A stretch of 62,806 nt of DNA, the filler included, from Basidiobolus ranarum (lineage: Eukaryota): NCBI GenBank assembly GCA_040143965.1. It is 21 parts of 21 records of this genome, joined end to end, with 100 filler letters (N's around TTAATTAATTAA, not from the genome) between each part and the next. Parts side by side here need not be neighbours in the genome. Positions count along the whole stretch, not along the records: positions 39,008 to 41,897 come from JASJQH010009765.1; positions 41,998 to 44,886 come from JASJQH010009766.1; positions 44,987 to 47,874 come from JASJQH010009767.1; positions 47,975 to 50,862 come from JASJQH010009768.1; positions 50,963 to 53,850 come from JASJQH010009769.1; 16 more parts are not named here. The stretch is one strand, 5' to 3'. The translations under genes and the position numbers were made by a program. Every line of letters begins with the position of its first letter. Within the stretch, counting starts at the first letter, position 1. The notes under the pieces were generated by a model that worked only from the letters and a program-made list of their open reading frames with translations, made no database searches and had not been told where the DNA came from. This document shows, piece after piece, positions 39,008 through 51,069 of this stretch.

Positions 39008-39324
39008 CTGGAATACAAAGCCTAAAATATCTAAATAAAGGCATGCATATTAATTTGAATTCCTACAGCAGTAAACCCAGTAATTTGCCATTTGAAAATT
39101 ATATTTTTGCAAAAATTGCTGGTTATTGAATAACGCATGCCAAATTTGAGGATCAATATTTTAACATGTATGAATACCGTAAAGATACCATCAGGAAACC
39201 GCCGTCACACCATCAAAATCCCTGGCAGAATGCAAGCCAGCAATATTGTGACGGTTCTCTGACGGTTTTGCTATTTCGGAGGGTGGATCCGATCCGGATC
39301 AAATCGATTTTATTTTTGTTAGGG
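39008..39324 (+). mobile_element. CACTA-like Tnp-side subterminal region and terminus, CpG-rich copy
   Basis: Homologous to 6925-7239; ends TTTTTGTTAGGG. Confidence 0.9.
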
Positions 39325-39450
39325 ATATTGGTTAATATCTACAAGAAATAATAGATCATCAGGTAGAAATGCAAAGAGAATAGAGGATTAGTGATATGAC
39401 ATGTCACATCATAGAGTCACTGCATAAAGTTAGTCAACTTGTAGTCAAGG

Positions 39451-39827
39451 CATTAGGAAAATATTGGCTGCTTGGTGAAACCATAGAAAAGTGGAGTTAT
39501 GATTAACTGGTTGGAAAATAATTTATTGTCCAGAAATAAAGCATTTATATATTTTTGTGGAAATACAAAGAACTAACACTGGGGCTATATTCAAAGCATC
39601 TGTGGGAGCAAAAAGAGCTATATTTGGGGCAATTTGGACAAGTGTGAAATCTTCAGTATAGAATTACTAACTCTCAGACAATTAACATATGTATCAAATA
39701 TATCTTCCAATTTTCAGCTAAGTGATAATTGACTAAATAATGTTAACTACCATAAGTGTGATATACAAGATAGTTAGGTGTATAAATATAAAGATTTCTA
39801 ATTTGATGAAGACAATAAACTCTAACA
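39451..39827 (-). mobile_element. Copia LTR family C
   Basis: Reverse complement of the 23551-23818 and 54005-54322 sequences. Confidence 0.78.
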
Positions 39828-40340
39828 CAATGGCAATTAGCAAAACTAATACTTGCACTAGTTGAATTAACATAGTGCAAGTCAGATAACTATATATTTT
39901 AGTGTTCAACATCACACAAGGGATAATACATTCAGTTTTTAATAAGAGTTATCCTGAGCAACAATCCTTGGCAATTATTTTCAACAAAAACTGATGCTGA
40001 AGGTTAATCCTGAAATGAAAAAAATTTGAATTCTAAATACTTTACCAAGCCTGCATATATTAATGATTAAATGGAGATACAATGATTTTGGATGTTGTGC
40101 TCATTATGAGAGTTTACTTTGTAAGTTAGAGACAGTATGTGATGATCTTTGGTTGCTTTTTTTTAAGTTTGCTGCCTTATATATTTGATTAGCAAGCATA
40201 TTTTTGAGGTATGATGGAGCTTGCAAATTAAGCTATAACTTATAGGTTGGGATAATAAAACATATTAGTCATATATGTATTGAAAGTTGGTAATTCAAAT
40301 TATGGGGCCACAGATATCAGGCTATCTTATTGCCAGTTTA

Positions 40341-40689
40341 TGTTGAAATTATCATTGCCTAAGCACCTATGTATTCACATATAGCTTAGTACTTAATTAT
40401 CATATATTTCACTAAGATATTTTCCACTATTCTCCATTGGAAATTACTTAAAATATTTTTACCTACTTAGAAGATCTCAGATATATAGATTTTTTCAAAG
40501 TCATGCAAGAAGCCCCAAACTTTGCACACATGTTCCTGGGACCTTCCTTAACATATTCTAAAAGTTTGTTTGCTTACATCCTGGCAAAACTATAAATGTC
40601 AACTTTCTACTTAATAAATTGAAAAGTGAAAATCACCAATTCCTCTAATTCTCCAAACCACTTCCAATGAGCTCCCAAATACCTTGACA
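40341..40689 (+). mobile_element. Solo LTR-A with 5-bp TSD GTTTA
   Basis: GTTTA|TGTTGAAA...CCTTGACA|GTTTA. Confidence 0.92.
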
Positions 40690-40837
40690 GTTTATGCATC
40701 ATAATGAAGTTTTGCTCAGTAAGCATGAGCTGCTTTGAGGATCTGTAAAGAAATGGAGTAAATATAACTTGAAAGAAAAATATGTATTTTTCCAGAAATA
40801 AAGTATTCATACTATTTGATGGAATGATAGAAACCTC

Positions 40838-41897
40838 ACAATAGTTTTCCTACAATAACAATCCTCAAATTTCTGTTATGGAAGCAACATATCAACAGTT
40901 TGATAGTCACTCAACAATGATACAAGATCTTCAGAATGCTGTACTTGAGCTACAGCAACATGCTGCTCCCTCCATCCATTCTCATACAGGATTTCAATCA
41001 ATCTCACACCATATATATGAACGTCACCACAACAATCTAGCAGAGCAGAATATGTGTCAGACCATTAAGCCTACACAATGGCCCAAAATTGCTTGGGCAC
41101 ATGAAAGTAGAAATCTCATAAGAAAACTGGCAAACCAAAAGACTCTGAATGTCAGAGCTGCCATCACTTGCTCTGATGATGAGTAGTTTAGCATTTTAGA
41201 GACTGTGTGGAATCTTGCCCAAAATCATCTTGATTTGAGCCAATTATGGAAAAACCAAAAACTAGACATTACTCCAAAGGTTCTTGACTTATTTCATGTG
41301 GCTTATCCTGGGTTTTTGAAAGCAAATGGCAATTGGGCTAGTATACGCCTATTCATGAAACATCTCAAAAATGTACCCAATTATTTACTTTGAAAAGAAA
41401 GAAAAGCAGCTAAAGAAGTACTCAAGGAGCAGGAAGTTAGTAAACCCAAGGGAAAAGCAAAGGAGTCAGTGAGTTTAGGCTCTACTGTCCCACTTACCAA
41501 ATTCTTCATGCCATTAAAAAGATCTACATTTCCAGAGTCAGATATACTGGCAAAAAAGCTTAATTACACTATGGAACCAGGTACACCAGTTGGAAGAGAG
41601 CTAAATTTGGAAGTTTATCAAACACCGGGCACCTCTCAACAAGCCAAAACACCAGCAAATAAACCTCATGGCTCTCCAACCTCCACTGGTACTTTTCAAA
41701 GTGTTCAAATTAGCCCCAAAGTTAAAGGCAAGCAAAAGCTGCACAAACACCACAAAGTACCCTTAGTAGTGTCACACTACAAGGACATATGAAAATAGTC
41801 AAAGTGCTTGAGGAGTATTTTTAAAAGTATGAAGGGAAAAATGCAGTGCAAGTATGCAGAAAGTGGCTTCAGGAGAAGAACATTCAACTTGACATTC
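40838..41897 (+). mobile_element. Short CACTA-like ORF2-side terminus (to about 40880) abutting ORF2 of another copy
   Basis: aatcctcaaatttctgttatgg, then EATYQQFDSHSTMIQDLQNAVLELQQH...WAS...MKHLKN. Confidence 0.85.
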
Positions 41898-41997
41898 NNN
41901 NNNNNNNNNNNNNNNNNNNNNNNNNNNNNNNNNNNNNNNNNTTAATTAATTAANNNNNNNNNNNNNNNNNNNNNNNNNNNNNNNNNNNNNNNNNNNN

Positions 41998-44135
41998 ATC
42001 TGCCACCCCCCAGAAAGTCTGGCTGAGATACCTCCTCTCCAAACCTATGAGCAATTGCGTAGTAATCAATTCTCCGTTCCTTTTAACCATTTTAGTTAGT
42101 CGACATATGGGGTTTCATAACAAGCAGCTTGCTTCATACCATGTCCTCGTCACTATCCCCGTCATCTACGCGATCCATCAATTCGTCGCCTCCTTTGGTA
42201 GATGGATCATAGTGCAAACTGTCGTTTTGCTGAACTCGAACGGCCCTAGTTAGATCATCCAGATACGAATCGGTTTGCTTCAATAAATGCGTAATACGTG
42301 TGTCTTTTGTTTGATCAATAAGCTTGAGGTATGCCTCTTCATCATCCGCCTGAGTGACAAGAAAATATTAGGAGTGCTCCGAAGGAGTAGTGATGGTGAA
42401 ATTGAAAACCTGACCTTTAATGCATTCAGACGCTCTTTTGAAATCCTTTCAATTCTCTTTTGCTCTTCTTTTTCGACGTGCGCATGGTATTGAACCACCG
42501 ACTTGCCCAACCTGCTCTGTTTGATTTGTAGAGTGCGATGCCATTGAATCATATCTCGACCATGGATAATGATATTCTGCAATCGATCGAGATGCTTTTG
42601 TCGTTCCTGCCTTTCACGATCAGCTCTCTGTTGACGCTCAAGATTCTCTGTCATACGCGCTTCCCTTAATGACAATCTCTTCACACGACGGAAAGCATTA
42701 GGATCGGTGACAGCAACAAGTGTAGTTGACTTTCCCGCTCCTTTGTATATCTCCTCCCGCAACTTGACAACAAATAAATAGCTTGAACTATCGATAAACC
42801 AATTGATAGATTTCTTACCTTCTTCTGCCTCTCTAACATCTTTAATCCCTTTAATTCAATCAAAGTATCGACTTTACAAGGTAGGTCGGGTGCTTTGAAC
42901 GCTTCATCCGATATTCCGTCGTTGGCAAGATTACATGACTCGCTAAATAAACTGACTGACATTTTTTCTAGCTCCTCGATTCTACTTTTAATACGCGACT
43001 GGATCTGGTTTTGGTGATGCTCAATTATCTGACAAGGATCAACTCCATTCGGTGTAATGGTAGGAATGATTACTTTTTGTTGTCTGGAAGCATGAGCATA
43101 AGAAGTAATTGGTTCTCTGACGTACGAGTATGGAGAAACGAAATGTCCAGTACTCTTTGATTTAATGGACTTCTGATCCGGGACGGGTTTTCTTATCAAT
43201 GCTGGGGAAGAAAGTGAACCTTCTGTAGAGAGTATTGGTGATGGTCTTTGGGTTGACTCTGGTTCGTTGGTAGCTATGATTGGAGTACTCTCTTCCTCCG
43301 TAGGTAAATGAGAGAATAAAGTTCTTTGAAGATGCTCCGGTAAAGGTAGGTTCTTTGATAGAAGTTTATATGCATAAATCTGGTATTTCAATGCAGTTAA
43401 TTGCTCTTGAGTAAAAACTGGTGACTGGTTTGGAGGAGTTCCCTGAGAAATTCTTTGAGTATTTGGTTGACTACGGCTATTGATTTGACTCTCAGGTTGT
43501 GTTTGTAAAGGCGTTGGTAATTGCTGCTGTAAAGGGGAGGAATGTAAACCACCTGAAAAATAATTATATGTTACCTGATGAAACTAGGTTGAATTGTCTT
43601 AAAACACTTACTTTGAGTTATTGAGTTCACTGAATCACGGTTCTGAGGATGACGGTTGAGTTGCACCGGGGAATGTTGCATTTGTGGAAGTTGGGGCAAT
43701 TGTTGTTGCACTGGATCCCCTTGAACTTGTGAACTCGGGTACTGCATTGTCTGATACTGCTGTGGTGTAGAAATTTGTGGCTGTTGATATTGCGTTACTG
43801 TCTGGTGCGCTAAAGAATTACTCTGTTGTTGATGCTGCATCATCTGCTGAATTCCTTGTTGTTTAGAGTAAATTCGTAGGAAATTCATGATTTGAGCATA
43901 CTCGGGATCGCTTGCCTCTGTGGCACCTCTAGCTCTCATGGATTGGACCGTCTGTAGGGATTTCAAGAAAAATGAAAGTCAATTGATTGTCATAATGGAG
44001 GCTAGGTTTACTTTTAAAGAGAAAAATAGCTACCGCAAACAAAGTACGCAATTTCTCTTGAGTGATTGGACCATTTATTTGAGGTGAGGTTCCAGACAAG
44101 TGATGCTGTATCTGAGATGTACCAGTCGGATTCAT
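41998..44135 (-). CDS. SNF2: SWI/SNF-RSC ATPase Snf2/Sth1, N-terminal part (QLQ, HSA, post-HSA); 3' truncated
   Basis: Exons 44135-44034, 43951-43612, 43552-42819, 42762-42415, 42349-about 42140, and a final partial exon. Motifs: [86 protein letters not shown]. Confidence 0.95.
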
Positions 44136-44986
44136 GTTGCTCAGATTCTACTTGAATTAATATTATACACAACCTTTCACTCAATAGATTGAGGAGATAA
44201 TCGATGACCAAACACACTTTACAACTATTCCTTTTGGAACAATCTTGAGTAATTGAAGATATTTAATAGGAAAACAAGATACGCGCACTGCTGCAATACA
44301 CGAGGTTATGGACGCAAAATATCACGAATTATGTCAGTACTTAATCTCTTGCGAATTGATTGAATTTGCGATGTAAATCCAAGTGATGCAAGCAAATTTG
44401 AAGGATGTTGGAGTATGCTTATCTTAGTTGATGAAAAGAGACATTCATGATTTACCACCTGAGCTTGAATTGATTGAATAACCCCTGATCCCTTATTGAT
44501 ACCTGATCTGAATATTGATTCGATGCTGAGTATATAATCGCTTAAACCTAAGTTTCGTGATTATTTGTTGAATCATTGAGCTTAACTTACGCATTATCGA
44601 ATGATCGGGATTGGCCCATTTATTATCGAGCTTTCTCTGGAAAATGCCATTTATGATGGGCAGAGCTATCGGGATTGGTGTCGAGAGTGCAGAAGCGAAA
44701 GTAATGTCATCGTACAACATTGGTCAGGGCAGTACGAATCGGCTCATGATTAGATAAGGCTCAGCGCAGGATTGAATTAATTAGTGCATTTATCAAACAA
44801 AAGATCGCTATTTAGTCATTTATCCCGCCATTCCCACCAATAAAGGCTGAATTGGGTGTAGGCTAGTGGTTGGGGAAGTGGTTGAGNNNNNNNNNNNNNN
44901 NNNNNNNNNNNNNNNNNNNNNNNNNNNNNNTTAATTAATTAANNNNNNNNNNNNNNNNNNNNNNNNNNNNNNNNNNNNNNNNNNNN

Positions 44987-45252
44987 TGTAGTCCCTAACA
45001 CCCCAACTCTTGAACTTGCCACAGTATATTCCCTATTCAGTATACTATGTTTCACCTTGCAATATCTATATAAGCCCCATGTATTCCTTGATCAGACCTG
45101 GGTCTGATCCATGCCAGCTATCAATAAAGATTTTTGCCAAAGTATCTTCTTTGTCCAGTCTTGTCTTGTCTTGTGGTATACACCTAAGTACTCTCCTGCC
45201 TGCTAGCCTCTTGTTGTTGTTTCCAGTCCTTGTCCAGTTTCTTATTGTGACA
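44987..45252 (+). mobile_element. LTR family G, 3' half
   Basis: Contains TATATAAG and AATAAA and ends TTGTGACA; matches 7485-7746. Confidence 0.7.
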
Positions 45253-46660
45253 CATACTAGGCTTCCAGTCAGTGCGAATTATCTAGCTTTAGTGATGAAT
45301 AATGTTGAAGGTGCCTGGGACAAAAGATTCAGAGTCTCTAATTTCCTTCCATTTCCTGGAGTATTTCCCAAAAGAGTTCGTATCAGAAGTATTCTTAACA
45401 TATTTCCTATGAGAATTAGCAGGTTCAAAAGCAACCAAAAGCTCTTCTAATCTGGCAAGTACAATGTAGTGTTGAAAATATTCCAATCATATATTGAATG
45501 TAGTAAGTAGGAAGAAAATTATCTACTGATATCTTTTAATATTTTACAGATCAAGAAAAAGAACAAGAATATTTGAATGCTCATAGTCACATCAGTAAAT
45601 AATTTATTACAGCAATTTAAGCAGCAATCAAGAACTCCTGAATTAGAGCTTTGCAACCATGCAAGAAGCATAAGATTCAATCAACTATTGGTGGAGCTAC
45701 AAGCATTTCAAAATTGCCAACACAAAAATCAACACTGGCATATATTCAGAACACAGGAATTCAGGACCTCAAGATACTGACAAAATTAGTGCCAACTTTT
45801 GAACCAGCCAATGAATTCTCTTCACATCTTGCACAGAGTTGCAACAATACTTGATGCTGACGTTTGCAAAGTTTCAAAGTTGCAGCTGCTATATTAGTGA
45901 TCTTATTGGCACTTTGATGCTAAGCCACCCACTCATGCCATTTACTCTCAGCCACCAATTCATAGAATTTATTCTAAGCTGTTTCTTTATATAAGCAAAC
46001 CTTCCCCCTGTTGCAAAAGCTTCCGGCCTTAGCACCATTCAAAACTGCACCATATTCTTTATCCTTTCCTTAACTAGATTTTCTATCCTGTATGATAGTA
46101 AGATAATAAAGACTCCTGTTGCAACTCAACTAGGCTTGACTATTGAAGATTGCAGTACCGATTCTTTCATAGTTATCTTCACTTTTAGAGCCATAGAATA
46201 TATCCAACTCTAGATTTGTAGTGGGGTTAAGCATTATTACTGAATATTTAAGCTACCACCCCTATCTCACACTGCAACAAGCTGACCATGTAAAGCTCCA
46301 GGCTTTGAAAGATTTAGAAGGATACATCACTTGGTTTAGTAGTCCACATCCATGGAGATACCAAGACAAAAGGCTTTCGGTTGAAAGGCAAGCACCATTT
46401 GTAAGATATGAGAAGACTTTGGCTGATTTGGCATATGTTGATGAAGAATGCAGAAGGCTAAGATATGTCACAGCTAACAAGAGGCCCAGAGGAGGGAACT
46501 CACAGAGAGGCAAAAGCTTTATAATGACATTTTTTCCCACTTTAGAGCAAAAGTACAACATAGCTTTGGCTTCCTAAAGAGATATAGCATTAGAGCAGGA
46601 AGGTATAGAGGAAAATCATTTAGTGGGCTTCAATCAAATTTAGGAAAAGTAGTACAAACC
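45253..46660 (+). mobile_element. IS5/ISL2-like DDE_Tnp_4 transposase split by an 812-bp insertion
   Basis: NNVEGAWDKRF...ILNIFPMRISR.KSNQKLF*SGKY // HVKLQALKDLEGYITWFSSPHPWRYQDKRL...TLADLAYV...KRPRGG / ELT...LYNDIFSHFRAKVQHSFGFLKRYSI. Confidence 0.85.
45465..46276. mobile_element. 812-bp TG...CA insertion with 4-bp TSD ACAA (probable Gypsy-type solo LTR)
   Basis: ACAA|TGTAGTGT...ACACTGCA|ACAA, with internal TTATATAAG and AATAAA; absent from the paralogous transposase copies. Confidence 0.65.
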
Positions 46661-46789
46661 TCTGGTAATAAGATATTCATTGAGAGCTCTAGACTTAAGA
46701 CACTATGAAAAAAGCTTTCATTGTCTTCTGAATGTGCAATAATATCTAAAAGTACCTTTCTTAATTATACCACACAAGTAAACTACTAT

Positions 46790-47874
46790 TTCTGAAATGG
46801 TCAATAACATTCTGCCAGATAGTAGCAAATTGTGCCAATTTGTGCTGGCACACTTTTAGCTGGCATGATCTGGCTAAATACAATGTAACCAGTATGGCAT
46901 AAATTGTCTATTGTCACACATTCAATAATTGGTAAGTTACAAATTAGGGAATGAACTTGCATTGTCAGTTACCCAAAATCTTAATTTGGCAATACTAAAT
47001 TGGGCCACTTGGTACAAGCTGTCACAATATCTTCAAAAAAAATTTTATGTCCAATTGTGCTATTTTTTATTACTGCAAAACCTATTGATACATACAATTC
47101 CAGTTTGCAATCAATGTGGGTAAAAGTGGGAGAAGCTTCTATACCAGGCTTCAAGTAAGTGAAAATTATCTAGCTTCAGTAATGAATAATGTAGAGAGTG
47201 CCTTTGACAATTAACTCAGAAAATCAAATTTGTCTTCATTTTCTGTAGTATTCCCATTGGAGCTCATATAAGAAGTGTCTGGGGCACATTTCCTATAACT
47301 TTCAACACTCAAAAGCTTCTAAAAGCAACTCTACCCTGGCAACTACTAAACTCACTGTGTAAAATTCCAGGCTTTCATAGATTTCAAGTGAAACATTATT
47401 TGGTTTAGAGGGTCACATCCTGGGAAACATCACAGCAAAAGGCTCTGGGTAGAGAAGCAAGCTCCATTTGTAAGATGTGTGAATACTATGCCTGACTTGG
47501 CATATGTTGGGGAAGAGTGCAGAAGGCAAGTAAGTGTACAGCTAAAAAGCCCAAGACTTATCCAGTGGCAAAGGTTTTAGGATGATATTTTTACCATTTA
47601 AGGGCAAGAGAAGTATGTAGCTTTGGCTTCCAGATAAAACATAACATTGTGGCAGGAAAGTATAGAAAAACATTATTAGGTGGGCTTGCATCACAGTTCA
47701 GCAAAGTAGTCAAAATCTTGATTCATTCACAATAAACTTAGAATTACCAGACTTTTTCCATTTTATTAGACTTGTTCCATTTTATTGAGCCAGATCAGGC
47801 CAGCTAAAAAGTGTGCCAGCACAAATTGGCATGATTGGGCACTATCCGGCACGATGTTATTTACCATTTTTGAA
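46790..47874 (+). mobile_element. Compact IS5/ISL2-like DNA transposon with ~100-bp TIRs (46790-46891 / 47772-47874)
   Basis: The two segments are imperfect reverse complements (core tgccaatttgtgctggcacactttt). They enclose a degenerate DDE_Tnp_4 ORF at about 47040-47700. Confidence 0.8.
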
Positions 47875-47974
47875 NNNNNNNNNNNNNNNNNNNNNNNNNN
47901 NNNNNNNNNNNNNNNNNNTTAATTAATTAANNNNNNNNNNNNNNNNNNNNNNNNNNNNNNNNNNNNNNNNNNNN

Positions 47975-48735
47975 GAGAAAACCTGGTCCCAACTGTGAAT
48001 TTTGTAGAAGGTCTGGGTTGCATTGAAGTGGCATATATCACCACCAATCATCCAGATTTTAGCTGAGGCAGGGGGGCACTTGCTGCTTTCGAGAAGAAGG
48101 TCCACAAGAAAAGAGTGGAACCCCTGAAACCAGTAAGTCAAAAGATATTATTTTCTCTTTCGAGACATTATTGATACAATTTCTATGAATAGAACCACAT
48201 CTCTTCTTCTACCCCAGTGGATATTTTAGCCAGAGAAGATAAAGATACGGTGGGAAGTAACAACGACAATGATAGATTTCTTAAATATTTCTTCGGTAAT
48301 AAAAGTAATAAATCCGAAATCGACGCCAAAAAAACTTTCAACAAGGATATGTCCTTTATCGAACAACCCGACCAACAGCAACCTATTCTTTCCCCAGCAG
48401 AAACACAATGCATCTCCACCGACTCCAAAGAACAAGGGAACAATCTTTCGGAGCGTGAAGAAATGGAAGCTCAATTGATCAAAGCACTTATCACTTCTTA
48501 CTTCAACATTGTAAGGAAATCGATTCAAGACATTGTACCCAAAACCATCATGCACTTGTTGATTAATTGCACTCGAGAAAACCTCCAAAATCGATTGATT
48601 TCAGAGCTTTACAAGCAAGATGCATTTGAGGATTTATTGGTGGAGGATGAGAACATTGTAGCAGAGCGAGATAAATGTAAAACTATGCTTGAGATTTACC
48701 GTAAAGCCTTTTCAATCATTAACGAAGCTATCTAA
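47975..48735 (+). CDS. DNM1: Dynamin-related GTPase Dnm1/Drp1, end of middle domain and GED; 5' truncated
   Basis: IEVAYITTNHPDF, intron 48133-48192, FLKYFFG, and LSEREEMEAQLIKALITSYFNIVRKSIQDIVPKTIMHLLIN...LQNRLISELYK. One TGA at 48064 near the contig edge. Confidence 0.9.
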
Positions 48736-50270
48736 GAGGTATATATATGTATTTTATGAAACTAAATTATACTGTGTTGTCTGTAACAGTTAATCTCCAT
48801 CCATTTCTCTTCAACGGAACTGTCGAAGTATTTTCTTCTGATCAAAACCCTGCTTCAACCACCTCTCTTCCTACTCCCCATGTATCTGCAGTTGGCTGAA
48901 AAATAGTCACTAGCACTTAATTATTTAACATGAAAAATATGAATTACATGTATGTTTTCTAAGGGAAGATGAAGCATAAATGAAGATATTTACGAATTTC
49001 ATCCACGTTGGTGTTTGTATACTTGAATACCTGTACATCTGTATACCTGAATAGATAGTGATAGTTGAATGTTGATTATAACCAGATGATTGGCCAATGC
49101 TTTTGTAGTCGGAGCAAATTACAAGCGTTACCAAAACCATTGACGAGCTGAAAGTTTATACTTTAATACTTGAAGATCGAGTCGGAGTACGGCACTTAAT
49201 GTCACCTCAAATTTCGAATACAAATTTGTACGATAAACCAAGTTTACATGTATATATAGAATACGATTACCATTGGGTAATATTGTATTACCATGTTCGT
49301 ATTACGAAAATCTTACCTTATATCTTTATGTTGGACCTTCTCTGTCGTCACCTCCCCTCTTGATAAAAAGAGTACCCTACTGGATCTTTACAGGCGATGT
49401 AATATGAATAATATGGTGCTGTCGACGTTTGGTCGTCAGGATAATGGGATGGGCTAGAGGTTGACTAACGGAGCCATTACATATATATGTTTAAGGAGGC
49501 TAAAGCCACCGGAACAAATAGACAAGTATTTGTGCCATATTCTCACCATGTTGTGCAGTGCTGCCCATATGGGAGTCATCAACAAAGGACTGGGACAATG
49601 ACCCCACTGATCTTTACTTTCATGGTCAAATCCGGATACAAGTTATGATTTCTTCGAAATTCAGAGCTAACCAATCAACTATTTGGTTGAAAATTACCAT
49701 TCAAATGATTGATCTAGTGTTGGTGTTTGTCTTGATTTAGCAACATATCCCATAACCATTTATTGGCATTGGCCTAATTGGCCCTCATCAAGTATTTGAA
49801 TTGTAACAATGATTGAGAATTCGTTGGAGGCAATTTGCTCATCAGTAGTAGATTACAACCATCCAAAATGGTTTCTAATTTCATTGTCTGCATTGATATG
49901 CTATCAACAAGATGGGTGTCCTTCAACTTGGATTCCATCTACATATTTGCTACCTTCCTGTATCTCACATTGAGTTTATATATACTGAAGAACTCAAAAT
50001 CAATACATTGGAAGTTTTTTGTTTAGATGCTGAGCAAATAATGGGCTGTAATGCTCTTCCAAAGCTCAAATCCTTTCTCCAACTACCTTGTATCCTCTGA
50101 GGGTAATTGATTTATTGCTCTTAATTTCTGGAAAGCAAGTAAAGCCTTATTATTATAGCATGAAACATCAGTTGATAGATGGCTGATGACATTTGCCATT
50201 CATGTTGAATTGAATTCAAAGTATTTAAAACTATATAAATAGAGAATAATGAAATAGTTCTACTCCTAGA

Positions 50271-50862
50271 CCTTAACAGAAATTTGAGGATTGTTATCAT
50301 AAGAAAACCATCACAATTTTAATCCATTTTAGATTGACTGTTTACTTACCATCATGAAATTGTCAAGTTAGATTTGATTTTAATTGATTTTTTCAGTTTC
50401 AGGAGTGAAATTGCAAGATCTCACAAAATAGTTGCACATGATTGGCTATAATCTCAGAACACTATGGATCCACACATGTGCAAAAAAAGTAACTCAAATT
50501 TTACACATTTATCACTAGAATGCTAATTGGTCACCTTCTAAATCCCTAATTTCTTTAATATATTCTCCTGAATATTTTTAATAGAGTTCTTCATACTCAA
50601 GGTTTAGCTCATATCCAACATGAGTTTGTATCAATATCTCTGTCAATGCCCACCATTGTATTAATGTTGCTGGATCAACATTCTTCCAGCTATCTGACAG
50701 ATACCCTGTGATATTGCACCACTCTGTATTAAGTTCTTCCCAGATATCTGCATGGTCAACACCAGACTGAATGTCAAGTTGAATATTCTTCTTCTGAAGC
50801 CACTTTTAGCATACTTGCACTGTGTTTTTCCCTTAATACTTTTGAAAATACTCCTCAAGCAC
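50271..50862 (-). mobile_element. CACTA-like ORF2-side terminus and ORF2 3' end
   Basis: Begins CCTTAACAGAAATTTGAGGATTG. Confidence 0.88.
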
Positions 50863-50962
50863 NNNNNNNNNNNNNNNNNNNNNNNNNNNNNNNNNNNNNN
50901 NNNNNNTTAATTAATTAANNNNNNNNNNNNNNNNNNNNNNNNNNNNNNNNNNNNNNNNNNNN

Positions 50963-51069
50963 CAAGGTACATAATACCCGACAATGACTTTATCGTCAGC
51001 CGCCAAGGCCGATGGAGCCATAGAAATAGCTACTGAAATGGCTGAGAGAACCAGGAGAGTGATCTTCAT
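50963..51069 (-). CDS. Secreted protein start, probably a GH18 chitinase; 3' truncated
   Basis: Signal peptide MKITLLVLSAISVAISMAPSALA, then DDKVIVGYYVP(W), typical of the first beta-strand of GH18. Only about 35 aa are visible. Confidence 0.6.

Noticed and set aside
44483..44729. Possible MITE bounded by CCCTGA...TCAGGG upstream of SNF2, overlapping a 75-aa ORF
   Set aside because: Only a 6-bp inverted match, with no second copy and no clear TSD.
48064..48066. In-frame TGA in DNM1 (recoding, selenocysteine or pseudogene?)
   Set aside because: It lies within 100 bp of a contig edge where other conserved residues also deviate, and the downstream GED exon is clean. A sequencing error is most likely.
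48183..48588. Antisense and alternative-frame ORFs over DNM1 (similarly over SNF2, the deaminase and TE ORFs)
   Set aside because: They are shadow ORFs of real coding sequence.
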